Source of the DNA: Bacteroidales bacterium | Lineage (GTDB): Bacteria > Bacteroidota > Bacteroidia > Bacteroidales > ML635J-15 | Assembly: GCA_017620015.1 (NCBI GenBank) | Contig: JAFZRE010000007.1 | Span: 12,129 to 76,128 of the forward strand | Direction: 5' to 3' | DNA length: 64,000 nucleotides | Shown here: piece after piece, positions 1 through 8,365 of the stretch | How positions within the stretch are numbered: the stretch's first letter is position 1 | How the letters are laid out: each line of letters opens with the position of its first letter | Translations under genes and position numbers: made by a program | The notes under the pieces: generated by a model | Database searches by the model: none | Seen by the model: only the letters and a program-made list of their open reading frames with translations | What the model was told of the DNA's origin: nothing

Positions 1-1052
1 TGGTTGTAGTTACTTGCACTATAATAACTATTGAATACAGCACCATGCATACCATCTGAATATTCAAGAATACCAAGTTCTTCTTCATTAGCAGTGTTCA
101 TACTTATAAAATCCCAGCAGCCCTGACCATGTTCGAAGTCTTCTACAAATGGGAACTCAGTAATTCCAGCTTCGCAATTGAAAACATCAACAGTAACATT
201 AACGGTTTCTGAACCATACTCGTTAGTAACAGTCAATGAAACATTATGAGGACCTTCGGTATCCCACACAACATTTACGTTAGCAGTAGTTGCTGTTGCA
301 GGAGTACCGCCTTCAAATGTCCAAGCGTATGTTACATCAGCAACACTTACAACTGACGATTTAATACGAGCCGACTGATTCAACTTTACAACGTCAGGCA
401 GAAGAATTTCAACCATGGGAGCAGAAGTTGCAGACGGACAACTAGATGTTGCAAAATTGTAATATGCCTGGGCAGAATTACTTAGAACACCGTACGTTTG
501 ATAAACAAATCCCGATGGGCAGAACAGATATACTCTTGGAACATATCCATCATAAATAGAAACATTATATACGAGGTTTGTTGTAGCATCGATAATTGGA
601 ATAGGATTTGTTCCACCATTTGTAAAGTCGCCAGCAGATTGTGTTGCTGCAGTACTTCCTGCATTAGTTCCTGAAATCTGTGCTGCAGTATTGGATGTTT
701 CTCCTTCTACATATAACACTACGAATTCGTTGGTTCCGCCCTGACCGTATGTATTATAGAGGCTCTCTAAGGTTCCTGTTCGATGGAAACTATAGCACGG
801 ACTACACCATGCGCAGAAAAAGTCAATCACAACATATTTTCCCTGATCCAAATAGTCTTGAATGTTGTGGGAAACACCATCCATGTCGGTTGCTGTAAAA
901 TTAGTAAATGTACCCCATTCCGAAGCTCCACGAGTACCACGCTCCATCCTTGCATTTTCATCCACGCACAGGATTTCGTTCTTAGCTACACCTTGTGCAA
1001 ACATTACGCTTGCAATAAGTACAGACACAACAAAAAGTAAAATTTTCTTCAT
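1..1052 (-). CDS. secreted thioredoxin-fold (TlpA/redoxin-like CxxC) protein fused to PKD-like and MAM/choice-of-anchor-J-like modules; the C-terminal part runs off the window
   Basis: Absent from the ORF track because there is no stop inside the window. My own reverse-complement translation from the ATG at 1052-1050 gives MKKILLFVVSVLIASVMFAQG (signal peptide), GKYVVIDFFCAWCSPCYSFH (thioredoxin-fold CxxC), YAWTFEGGTP...HNVSLTVTNEYGS (PKD-like) and FPFVEDFEHGQGCWDF. The frame stays open to nt 3. Confidence 0.7.
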   Translation of the reverse strand, partial: MKKILLFVVSVLIASVMFAQGVAKNEILCVDENARMERGTRGASEWGTFTNFTATDMDGVSHNIQDYLDQGKYVVIDFFCAWCSPCYSFHRTGTLESLYNTYGQGGTNEFVVLYVEGETSNTAAQISGTNAGSTAATQSAGDFTNGGTNPIPIIDATTNLVYNVSIYDGYVPRVYLFCPSGFVYQTYGVLSNSAQAYYNFATSSCPSATSAPMVEILLPDVVKLNQSARIKSSVVSVADVTYAWTFEGGTPATATTANVNVVWDTEGPHNVSLTVTNEYGSETVNVTVDVFNCEAGITEFPFVEDFEHGQGCWDFISMNTANEEELGILEYSDGMHGAVFNSYYSASNYN

Positions 1053-1167
1053 ATAATATATGCCCAGTTATATGCCATCGGACCCTTCGGCTTTTAATTA
1101 GTCAAAATTTGCGATGCCAAATTTAATTATAATTTTTATGCTACAAAGCATTTTTTGTCTTTTTTTA

Positions 1168-1419
1168 TCACAAATTCTTCAATGCAGCACAAATAGCCTT
1201 GCTCAACTGGTCGGGACAGGAAGTATCCTTATATCCGCAACGGATTCCGCCAAGCTTTGCAATCACCTCATTTGCATCCATTCCTTCAACCAACTTGCCA
1301 ATTCCCTGCAAATTGCCGTGGCAACCGCCATAAAACTGCACATTGTGCAATTTCCCATCAACAATCTCAAACTCAATCATTTCGGAACAAGTTCCCTGCG
1401 TACGGTACTGATATTTCAT
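1168..1419 (-). CDS. TIGR03905-family TSCPD-domain small protein
   Basis: 83 aa with GTCSEMIEFEI...KLHNVQFYGGCHGNLQGI...GIRCGYKDTSCPDQL. This is the characteristic 4-Cys/TSCPD pattern of that family. Confidence 0.8.
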   Translation of the reverse strand: MKYQYRTQGTCSEMIEFEIVDGKLHNVQFYGGCHGNLQGIGKLVEGMDANEVIAKLGGIRCGYKDTSCPDQLSKAICAALKNL

Positions 1420-1439
1420 ACACCTATATATTATATTAG

Positions 1440-2435
1440 TTAAATCTTATTGCAATACTCAACAATCTCATCAATGTTCTGGTCGTTCATACAGCGGAAA
1501 TGCTTGCGCGGACACTTCTCGTAACCCAGCTTGGAACACGGACGGCACTTCAAATCCATGACTTCAAATATCTTGGACTTCTCCCCTGCCATATACGGTG
1601 TCATACCGAACTGAGGAATGGTGTTGCCCCATATCGAAACAATGTCCTTCTTGAAAGCCGCCGCAATATGCATAAGTCCAGTGTCGTGCGTAATAACATA
1701 CTTCGCCTGCCTTACCACCGAAGCCGACTGCGAGAGTGAAAACATACCGCATAAATTTATGCAATTTTCATTTCCAGAACAGATGTATTCGGCAGCTTCA
1801 ACATCCGAACTTCCACCAAGAAGCACAACTCGAGCATTCAACCTACCACAAATCTGCGAAATAAGTTCCTTTGGCATCCGCTTAGTTGCGTGCTGACCGC
1901 CGATTGCGTATGCAACATAGGTATTTGCATCCAAGCCAAAAGCCGACTTTGTATCAACTTCCTCATTTTCTGGAATAAAATAGTCAAGCCCCTTGCCATC
2001 GTTGTGAACATCGAAAAGACGGGTGGCTGTCAGATACCTGTCAACAATATGTATGTCGGGTAATTTGTTGATTTTCAAGAAAGACGTCGCAAGCCATTTT
2101 TGCCAATTGAGTTTTGGAAACGAAAAATCCAGAATTTTCAACTTGTTGATTATGCGCTTGGAACGAAGGTTTTTCTGCAAGTCGATTACATAGTCGAAAG
2201 GGATTTCGCGCAGTTCGTCAATGGTTTCTGCATAAGTATTCTTCAACGTGTGAACATCATCGATGTATGGATTTGGCTCCAATATTCCCGCATTTGCAGG
2301 CTTAGTGAGAAAATGTATCTCGGCATTTTCGACCTGCTGTTTCAAACACCTTACAACTGGCGTAGTAAGCACAATGTCGCCAATGCTGCTGAAACGAATA
2401 ACAAGATAACGGACTATGTATTTTTCTTCTTCCAT
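1440..2435 (-). CDS. glycosyltransferase family 9 (heptosyltransferase-like)
   Basis: 331 aa. The N-terminal motif VIRFSSIGDIVLTTPVVRCLK and the C-terminal HDTGLMHIAAA are typical of the GT9 fold. ATG at 2435. Confidence 0.85.
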   Translation of the reverse strand: MEEEKYIVRYLVIRFSSIGDIVLTTPVVRCLKQQVENAEIHFLTKPANAGILEPNPYIDDVHTLKNTYAETIDELREIPFDYVIDLQKNLRSKRIINKLKILDFSFPKLNWQKWLATSFLKINKLPDIHIVDRYLTATRLFDVHNDGKGLDYFIPENEEVDTKSAFGLDANTYVAYAIGGQHATKRMPKELISQICGRLNARVVLLGGSSDVEAAEYICSGNENCINLCGMFSLSQSASVVRQAKYVITHDTGLMHIAAAFKKDIVSIWGNTIPQFGMTPYMAGEKSKIFEVMDLKCRPCSKLGYEKCPRKHFRCMNDQNIDEIVEYCNKI

Positions 2436-2454
2436 TGCAAAAAATATTTACACG

Positions 2455-2462
2455 CAAAAGTA
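2455..2462 (-). promoter_or_regulatory. Bacteroides-type -7 box (TACTTTTG) for the GT9 operon
   Basis: The minus-strand sequence matches TAnnTTTG, 19 nt upstream of the ATG at 2435. Confidence 0.4.
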
Positions 2463-2471
2463 AAGATTATT

Positions 2472-2524
2472 TACGATTTACGAAGTACGATTTACGATTT
2501 GATGATTCAAGGATTTGATGATTC
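2472..2524. repeat. two nested tandem direct repeats in the divergent GT9/trxA spacer
   Basis: TACGATTTACGA occurs at 2472 and 2486 (period 14). GATTTGATGATTC occurs at 2496 and 2512 (period 16). Confidence 0.7.
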
Positions 2525-2600
2525 GAAGATATTAACAACAAATACATCCGATGTTAAAAAATATTGTGTTACGGAAAACAGAAAATGCCAATAATAAGCA

Positions 2601-2608
2601 TAATTTTG
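2601..2608 (+). promoter_or_regulatory. Bacteroides-type -7 box (TAATTTTG) for trxA-sufE-DUF59
   Basis: Matches TAnnTTTG, 21 nt upstream of the ATG at 2630. Confidence 0.45.
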
Positions 2609-2629
2609 CAACAATAAATTAATACGACT

Positions 2630-2944
2630 ATGTTAGAAATTACAGAACAGAACTACGAAGAAGTTATTGGCAAGACCAATTTGCCAGTAGTATTGGATTT
2701 CGGTGCAACCTGGTGTGGACCTTGCCAGGTTATTAAACCATATATTGAAAAGATGGGCAACACCTACGAAGGTAAAGCAATCGTTGCAAAAGTCGACATT
2801 GACGAAGCTGGCGACCTGCCAATGAAGTTTGGTATCAGAAACGTGCCAACTGTTATTTACCTGAAAGACGGAAAGGTTGTTGACCGCGTTGTCGGTGCAG
2901 TTCCAGAATCACAGTTAATAGAAAAACTCGAAGCTATATTATAG
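2630..2944 (+). CDS. trxA: thioredoxin
   Basis: 104 aa with the WCGPC active site and typical thioredoxin length and flanks (VLDFGATWCGPCQVIKP). Confidence 0.9.
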   Translation: MLEITEQNYEEVIGKTNLPVVLDFGATWCGPCQVIKPYIEKMGNTYEGKAIVAKVDIDEAGDLPMKFGIRNVPTVIYLKDGKVVDRVVGAVPESQLIEKLEAIL

Positions 2945-2951
2945 TCCGAAA

Positions 2952-3368
2952 ATGACAATAAATGAAATTCAAGACGGAATAATCGAAGATTTTTCCGTCT
3001 TTGAGGATTGGATGGACAAGTACGCCTACCTCATCGAACTGGGTGGCGAACTTCCTGCATTCGACGAGGCGCACCGCACCGACAGCAACCTTATCAAAGG
3101 CTGCCAGTCGAAAGTGTGGTTCAACGCCGAGTTCGTCGATGGTAAGATTGTTTTTACAGCCGACAGTGACGCCATCATTACCAAAGGCATTGCTTCGTTG
3201 CTGATAAAGGTGATGTCGAACCAGACACCCGAGGACATACTAAATGCCGACCTTTACTTCATCGAGAAGATAGGTCTTACCCAGCACTTGTCCCCTACCC
3301 GCTCAAACGGACTGCTGTCGATGGTAAAACAGATAAAGATATACGCTTTGGCATACTCAAAAAAGTAA
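2952..3368 (+). CDS. sufE: SufE-family cysteine desulfuration (sulfur acceptor) protein
   Basis: 138 aa with the SufE pattern DWMDKYAYLIELG...LIKGCQSKVWF (active-site Cys) ...ADSDAIITKG. Confidence 0.85.
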   Translation: MTINEIQDGIIEDFSVFEDWMDKYAYLIELGGELPAFDEAHRTDSNLIKGCQSKVWFNAEFVDGKIVFTADSDAIITKGIASLLIKVMSNQTPEDILNADLYFIEKIGLTQHLSPTRSNGLLSMVKQIKIYALAYSKK

Positions 3369-3372
3369 GCAG

Positions 3373-3687
3373 ATGAAGACACGACTCGAATTGCAACAGG
3401 ACATAATCGCAGCTTTGCGAACAGTAAAGGACCCCGAAATAAACATTAACATTTACGAACTCGGACTTGTCTATCGCATCGACATCAGCGACAACAACGA
3501 CGTTGAAATAGACATGACAATGACCGCTCCCAACTGCCCAATGGCCGAAGACCTTGTAATGTGGGCACGCGATGCAGTAAAAAACATCGAAGGCGTAAAG
3601 TCGGTAAACATAAACCTTGTTTTCGACCCGCCTTGGTCAACCGAAATGCTTAGCGAAGAAGCAAAACTGGAATTGAATATGTTTTAA
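3373..3687 (+). CDS. DUF59 / SufT-like Fe-S cluster assembly factor
   Basis: 104 aa with DPEININIYELGLVY...DMTMTAPNCPMAE, the canonical DUF59 (MIP18) motif. It is 4 nt downstream of sufE. Confidence 0.8.
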   Translation: MKTRLELQQDIIAALRTVKDPEININIYELGLVYRIDISDNNDVEIDMTMTAPNCPMAEDLVMWARDAVKNIEGVKSVNINLVFDPPWSTEMLSEEAKLELNMF

Positions 3688-3693
3688 AAAAAT

Positions 3694-3724
3694 AAGGCGA
3701 CTTTCTAGTCGCCTTTATTTTTTG
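3694..3724 (+). terminator. rho-independent terminator of the trxA-sufE-DUF59 operon
   Basis: Stem AAGGCGACT (3694-3702), loop TTCT, stem AGTCGCCTT (3707-3715), followed by a T-run. Confidence 0.7.
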
Positions 3725-3748
3725 TTGATGTTCGCACATAGACAAAAT

Positions 3749-3835
3749 CACTCCTTTTTTAGTCATCCTGAATTTATTTCAGGATCTGAAAAAAGGAGTG
3801 GGTCTCTGTAGCAGATGCTGAAACATGTTCAGCAT
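3749..3835. repeat. pair of intergenic palindromic (REP-like) hairpins
   Basis: Outer arms CACTCCTTTTTT (3749-3760) and AAAAAAGGAGTG (3789-3800) enclose inner arms ATCCTGAA (3765-3772) and TTCAGGAT (3778-3785). A second hairpin has arms ATGCTGAA and TTCAGCAT (3815-3835). Confidence 0.6.
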
Positions 3836-3873
3836 GACAACCTACGTTTCTTTTGTGAACACTACTGTTTTAC

Positions 3874-4218
3874 TTATCCAAGTATTACCGCTAGGAATTC
3901 CACATCCTCATCGGTCTTGTTTGTTATGCTATGACGGTTGCCGTTTCCAGTAAACAATGCATCGCCAGCATGCAGGATTTCGGTCTTGTCGTTGTCGGTA
4001 ACAACGGCTTCGCCCTTCAAGATATAATACAATTCAGCATCCTCGACATGTGGGTGTTCGCCAATGCTACTTCCCGACGGAAGAACAATACGGGCAACCA
4101 TACGTCCCTTGCCGCACATCTCGTTAGCATTCACCATCATATTCTTGAAAATATGGCCGTTGCCACCCTGTGCTTTTTCAACATCAATAACTTCGGATTC
4201 TTCTTTCCTGCGTATCAT
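3874..4218 (-). CDS. cupin domain protein
   Basis: 114 aa with GSSIGEHPHVEDAELYYILKGEA...GDALFTGNGNRHSITN, the two cupin motifs. It starts 1 nt after the ftsX stop. Confidence 0.8.
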   Translation of the reverse strand: MIRRKEESEVIDVEKAQGGNGHIFKNMMVNANEMCGKGRMVARIVLPSGSSIGEHPHVEDAELYYILKGEAVVTDNDKTEILHAGDALFTGNGNRHSITNKTDEDVEFLAVILG

Positions 4219-4219
4219 A

Positions 4220-5092
4220 TTAGTAATACAGATTTATTGTTTTCAAACGTAAATACTTGTTAATCGAAAGCAATGTCGCAAATACGCACAGCAACACTCC
4301 AATCCCAGCAACAGCCACAAACAGCAATGCAATAATCCACGGGTCGATTGAACCCATAATGTTTTCAAGCTGAGAGTTTGCAAAGTAAATAATTCCGTAA
4401 AGCAAGGCAATTGCAATTATGGAACTTACAAGTCCCTGCAATGCTCCCGATGCAATAAACGGACGGCGAATAAAGCCTTTCTTTGCTCCGACAAGCTTCA
4501 TTGTATTGATGATAAATCTCTTTGAATATATCTGCAAACGAATGGTATTATTGAGCAGAGCAAACGAAATAAGGAAGAACAACGCACTTAATGCCAACAA
4601 GATAATGCTTACCTTCTTGATATTATCGTGAATAAGGTTTACAAGATTCTGCTGATACGAAACCTCGTTTACTATATTTGACTTCGACAGGAAGAAGCCC
4701 TCAAGCTTTGCTATGCTGTCGGGACTTGCATAATCGGAGTTCAAATAGACATTTATCGTCGGTGACAAAGGATTGTATCCCAATGTCTCTATAAAGTTCT
4801 CACCCAGTTCTTCTTGCAGTTGCTTTGCAGCATCGTCCTTGGTTATATACTCGGTTGACTTGATAAATTCGTGTGTATCCAACGACTTCTGGAACTGCTT
4901 GATGTCTGGTTCGGAAACATCATCGTTTATAATAAGCGAGAAGCACAAGTTCTCCTTCACATATTCGGACATCTGCTTAGCATTGAGCATAAGCAATCCG
5001 ACAATTCCAAGCAGCAACAAAACAAGCGAGATGCTTACTACCGAAGTAAAGTAAGCACCTCTGATTCTGTTCTTAATATTAGATTTCTTCAT
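4220..5092 (-). CDS. ftsX: cell division protein FtsX (permease-like)
   Basis: 290 aa with an N-terminal TM helix, a periplasmic loop and three C-terminal TM helices with the MKLVGAKKGFIRRPF motif typical of FtsX. Confidence 0.85.
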   Translation of the reverse strand: MKKSNIKNRIRGAYFTSVVSISLVLLLLGIVGLLMLNAKQMSEYVKENLCFSLIINDDVSEPDIKQFQKSLDTHEFIKSTEYITKDDAAKQLQEELGENFIETLGYNPLSPTINVYLNSDYASPDSIAKLEGFFLSKSNIVNEVSYQQNLVNLIHDNIKKVSIILLALSALFFLISFALLNNTIRLQIYSKRFIINTMKLVGAKKGFIRRPFIASGALQGLVSSIIAIALLYGIIYFANSQLENIMGSIDPWIIALLFVAVAGIGVLLCVFATLLSINKYLRLKTINLYY

Positions 5093-5322
5093 TACCTATT
5101 TATTATAAGCTTGCTGACACTTGCCTTTCCATCGGTATATATTACCCTTACGAAATATGTAGCGTCAACCATTCCTGCAACATTGAGTGTAAGCGATTCG
5201 TCGGCAACCTGTCTGCTAACAACCAACCTTCCTACCATATCATAAACCTGTACTTCGCTGATCTCAGCGTTTTCAGAAACAATGTTTACATAGTCGCTTG
5301 CTGGATTAGGATATATATTGAG
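5092..5322 (-). other. type A T9SS C-terminal domain (Por_Secre_tail-like) of the Ig-repeat protein
   Basis: The last 76 aa are LNIYPNPASDYVNIVSE...QVYDMVGRLV...ATYFVRVIYTDGKASVSKLIINR. Confidence 0.8.
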
Positions 5323-8301
5323 TACCGGCATAGATTCCATATTAACATAACCGCCTTCGAGGAAGTTGACACTTATTGTATCAGCTGCATAGCAGTTACC
5401 CGAAGAAACTCTTACCCAGAAAGTATAAATGCCAGCACTTAAAGTAGTATCCACAGTTAAAGTCGGGCCAGTAAAGCCTGTATTCCAAAGGAATGAATCA
5501 TAAATGTCAGGATTTGGAACAGCAATTTCAACTATTGAATGTTCAGCAGCTGTTATGTCATCGCCCAAGTCGACAACAAGTTCTTCACCTATTGTAACTT
5601 CAACACCTGCCGAAGTTGTACAACCATAACCATCGCCATCGACAGTAACCATATAGTAACCATTCATGCCGACAGTAATTGAACTTGTCATTTCTGTTGT
5701 ACTCCACATATATTCGGTAGCACCAGCACCAGCATCGAGTACGAACTCGCCACAAGTAACAATCGGTGTAGTATCGAATGCAATTTCAAAATAATCGTGG
5801 TATGTAACAACTACGGTATCGCGTGCCACACAGTTTCCGTGAGCAGAATCAGAAACTTCGAGGATATATGTTCCGCCGAGTGTAACTGTCAACGTTGGCT
5901 GATAGCCGTAAGTACCGAAGTTCCACGAATAGTGTCCATATTCTTCCTGACCTTGCGGTTCAAGTAAAACAGACTCACCACGGCAAGCATGAATGTCACG
6001 TCCAAGAGTCATATCAGGAGCATTGTTTACTGTAAGTGTTGCATCATTTGTACGAGCCTCATCACAAGCATTCGAAGCTATGCAATAGAAAACGCCATTG
6101 TTATTTCTGGTTACGTGATCAATGTGCAAGTTTGGAGTTGTCTGACCATCCAAAGCATTACCATTGTTGTACCACTGATAATGAACACCGTCTCCAGTTG
6201 CTGCCATTGCAAGTTCATATTCAGCGCCTTCGCACAATGCCATTATTGCAGGCTGAGGTTGCATTGAAATAGCAGGAGTAGTTCCTACGGTAACAGTAAC
6301 AGTATCGGAATAAGCAGTCGGACAATCGAATTCAGACTCAACCTTGCAATAGTAAGTTCCACCATATTGAGCAGCAACTGTTGGTGCAGTATATGTCGGG
6401 CTATTGTTACCTAAATATTCACCGTTGCGATACCATGCATATCTAAGTCCATCGCCTTCGGCGGTAAGAGAAAGGCTAAGTGTACCACCCGTACATACAT
6501 CAAGGTCATGAGGCTGCATAGTAATTGTCGGCGACAATGTAACAGTAAGCAAAACAGAAGCGAGTTCATCTGTACCACAAGCGTTTGTAATATCGCAAAC
6601 ATAGCGTCCAGCCTCATCGTCGGTCATATTGCTGAAATGCAAATAAGGTTCAGTAGAAACAATTTCAGCTTCGCCTTGCTTATGCCAAGCAAAAGTTATT
6701 CCCTGTTCCAAGAAATCATCTTCATCAAGAAGAGTCGATCCCTGATATACGCGGTCTGCAATAGTTATTATAGTATCGACGCCAGAGCAAAGCGAAATAC
6801 CAGATGGCAAAGCAGGATAAACAGTAATATGCTGGTTTACCATAAGAAATACAGTGTCGGTTCTAGCAGTACCGCACTCGTTTGATGCCAAACAATAATA
6901 ATAGCGTTCGTGTTCCTCGGCAGCAGGATTAACGACCAACGTGCTATTAGTATGACCAGTTACATTCTGAGTTGAAATATCAGTATAATCGAGACCTTCG
7001 CCATTGCTGTTCTGCCAAATCAGAGTCATAGGCTCCACTCCTGTAATCTTGGCATACAACTGAGCCATTTCACCCTCGCACACAGATACATCAACTGGCT
7101 GAGATTCGACTGTCGGTGGCATTTTAACCACTACTTGTGCGCTATTGCCACGAACAGTTCCGCATCCGTTTGTAAACTCGCAGTAATATTCTCCCATATG
7201 AGCCGAATCCATTGCAAATGATATTGTATTGGTTATACCACCCTCAACAGGATTACCATCAAGGAACCAGCGGTAAACGATTGTATCGGTAGGATAATTG
7301 GTTGTTGCATCGGCATAAAGCGTTACTTCTGTACCTGCGCAAACAGTTGTTGGCTCTGGATTTCCAACAATGTTCGGCACTTCGCTTATGATTGTACCGA
7401 CATTTATTGAAGTCACAGTTGCACAAACATTTGAAACCTGCACATTGAAGGTATTTGAATAGAATTCAGGATCGTGCGATGCATTTTCAATCAAAAGAGC
7501 ACTGGTTGTTGCCGAAGTATTCGTTGATGGATAAGGAGCATTGTTGTAATACCACTGATATTGCAAATCGGTTCCAGTTGCCTCAACCCTAAACGTAAGG
7601 TTGTCGCCACCGCAGAGAGCTGCACTACGCGGTTGGGTTGTGATACGAGGCAATTCTACAACCGAAATCTCAAATGGTCCATAAACTCTATCACCGCAGG
7701 CATTACTTGCCACGAAACGATATATACCAGCATCTTCAAGCGAAGCCGAAACCACCTGGTAGGAGTTTCCGTGCGAAATAGCCTCATCACCAAAATACCA
7801 GTTTCTAATATTAAATCCAGTTACACCAGATGCAACCAACTTGAGAGTATCCCCCTCACATACATAGTTTGGAGCCGATACACTTTCAATAGAAGGAATT
7901 GCAGTTGCTACATCAACATGTATCTTTTCTGAATTTCTGTAAAAAGTAGGGTCGTCCGTATCATAATAAATTCGACAATAGTAATAACCAGCATTTCCAA
8001 CCGTTGTTGCAGCCGAAACATCTGCCAAATTAAGAATACTTGTGGCTGCTTCAGGAACTTGTACCCAAGAGTCATCAAGCACACTAACCAAGCTCTGGTT
8101 ATAATACCATTGATAAGTGAAAGTTGTCAGTTCTCCTGTAGGGTCAGTAACAAATACTTTCAAGGTGGCGTCATCGCCCACGCACAAACGAGCCTCACGT
8201 TCGCTTGTTGTAATTACAAGGTCCAATGGACCTGCAATAGTAACAGTCGCTGTAAAAAGCAAAACAGCAACCATCAAAAACTTAATAAACTTACCTGCCA
8301 T
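5092..8301 (-). CDS. Ig-domain repeat surface protein with a type A T9SS C-terminal sorting domain
   Basis: 1069 aa with a signal peptide and about 8 Ig (I-set-like) repeats, each with Y(Q/R/A)W(Y/F)xxG...D.G.Y.C. The C-terminus is LNIYPNPASDYVNIV...ATYFVRV...KLIINR (Por_Secre_tail pattern). Confidence 0.85.
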   Translation of the reverse strand: MAGKFIKFLMVAVLLFTATVTIAGPLDLVITTSEREARLCVGDDATLKVFVTDPTGELTTFTYQWYYNQSLVSVLDDSWVQVPEAATSILNLADVSAATTVGNAGYYYCRIYYDTDDPTFYRNSEKIHVDVATAIPSIESVSAPNYVCEGDTLKLVASGVTGFNIRNWYFGDEAISHGNSYQVVSASLEDAGIYRFVASNACGDRVYGPFEISVVELPRITTQPRSAALCGGDNLTFRVEATGTDLQYQWYYNNAPYPSTNTSATTSALLIENASHDPEFYSNTFNVQVSNVCATVTSINVGTIISEVPNIVGNPEPTTVCAGTEVTLYADATTNYPTDTIVYRWFLDGNPVEGGITNTISFAMDSAHMGEYYCEFTNGCGTVRGNSAQVVVKMPPTVESQPVDVSVCEGEMAQLYAKITGVEPMTLIWQNSNGEGLDYTDISTQNVTGHTNSTLVVNPAAEEHERYYYCLASNECGTARTDTVFLMVNQHITVYPALPSGISLCSGVDTIITIADRVYQGSTLLDEDDFLEQGITFAWHKQGEAEIVSTEPYLHFSNMTDDEAGRYVCDITNACGTDELASVLLTVTLSPTITMQPHDLDVCTGGTLSLSLTAEGDGLRYAWYRNGEYLGNNSPTYTAPTVAAQYGGTYYCKVESEFDCPTAYSDTVTVTVGTTPAISMQPQPAIMALCEGAEYELAMAATGDGVHYQWYNNGNALDGQTTPNLHIDHVTRNNNGVFYCIASNACDEARTNDATLTVNNAPDMTLGRDIHACRGESVLLEPQGQEEYGHYSWNFGTYGYQPTLTVTLGGTYILEVSDSAHGNCVARDTVVVTYHDYFEIAFDTTPIVTCGEFVLDAGAGATEYMWSTTEMTSSITVGMNGYYMVTVDGDGYGCTTSAGVEVTIGEELVVDLGDDITAAEHSIVEIAVPNPDIYDSFLWNTGFTGPTLTVDTTLSAGIYTFWVRVSSGNCYAADTISVNFLEGGYVNMESMPVLNIYPNPASDYVNIVSENAEISEVQVYDMVGRLVVSRQVADESLTLNVAGMVDATYFVRVIYTDGKASVSKLIINR

Positions 8302-8322
8302 ATTACAATCAATTTAATTTCA

Positions 8323-8330
8323 CAAAGTTA
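8323..8330 (-). promoter_or_regulatory. Bacteroides-type -7 box (TAACTTTG) for the Ig-T9SS/ftsX/cupin operon
   Basis: The minus-strand sequence matches TAnnTTTG, 21 nt upstream of the ATG at 8301. Confidence 0.45.
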
Positions 8331-8365
8331 AGAAAAATATAATCACTATTCAAAATTTTAACATA

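Noticed and set aside
2100-2594. 164-aa plus-strand ORF spanning the 5' end of the GT9 gene and the spacer
   Set aside because: It is mostly antisense to the GT9 gene, and its tail is the translation of the tandem DNA repeats (IYDLRSTIYDLMIQGFDD).
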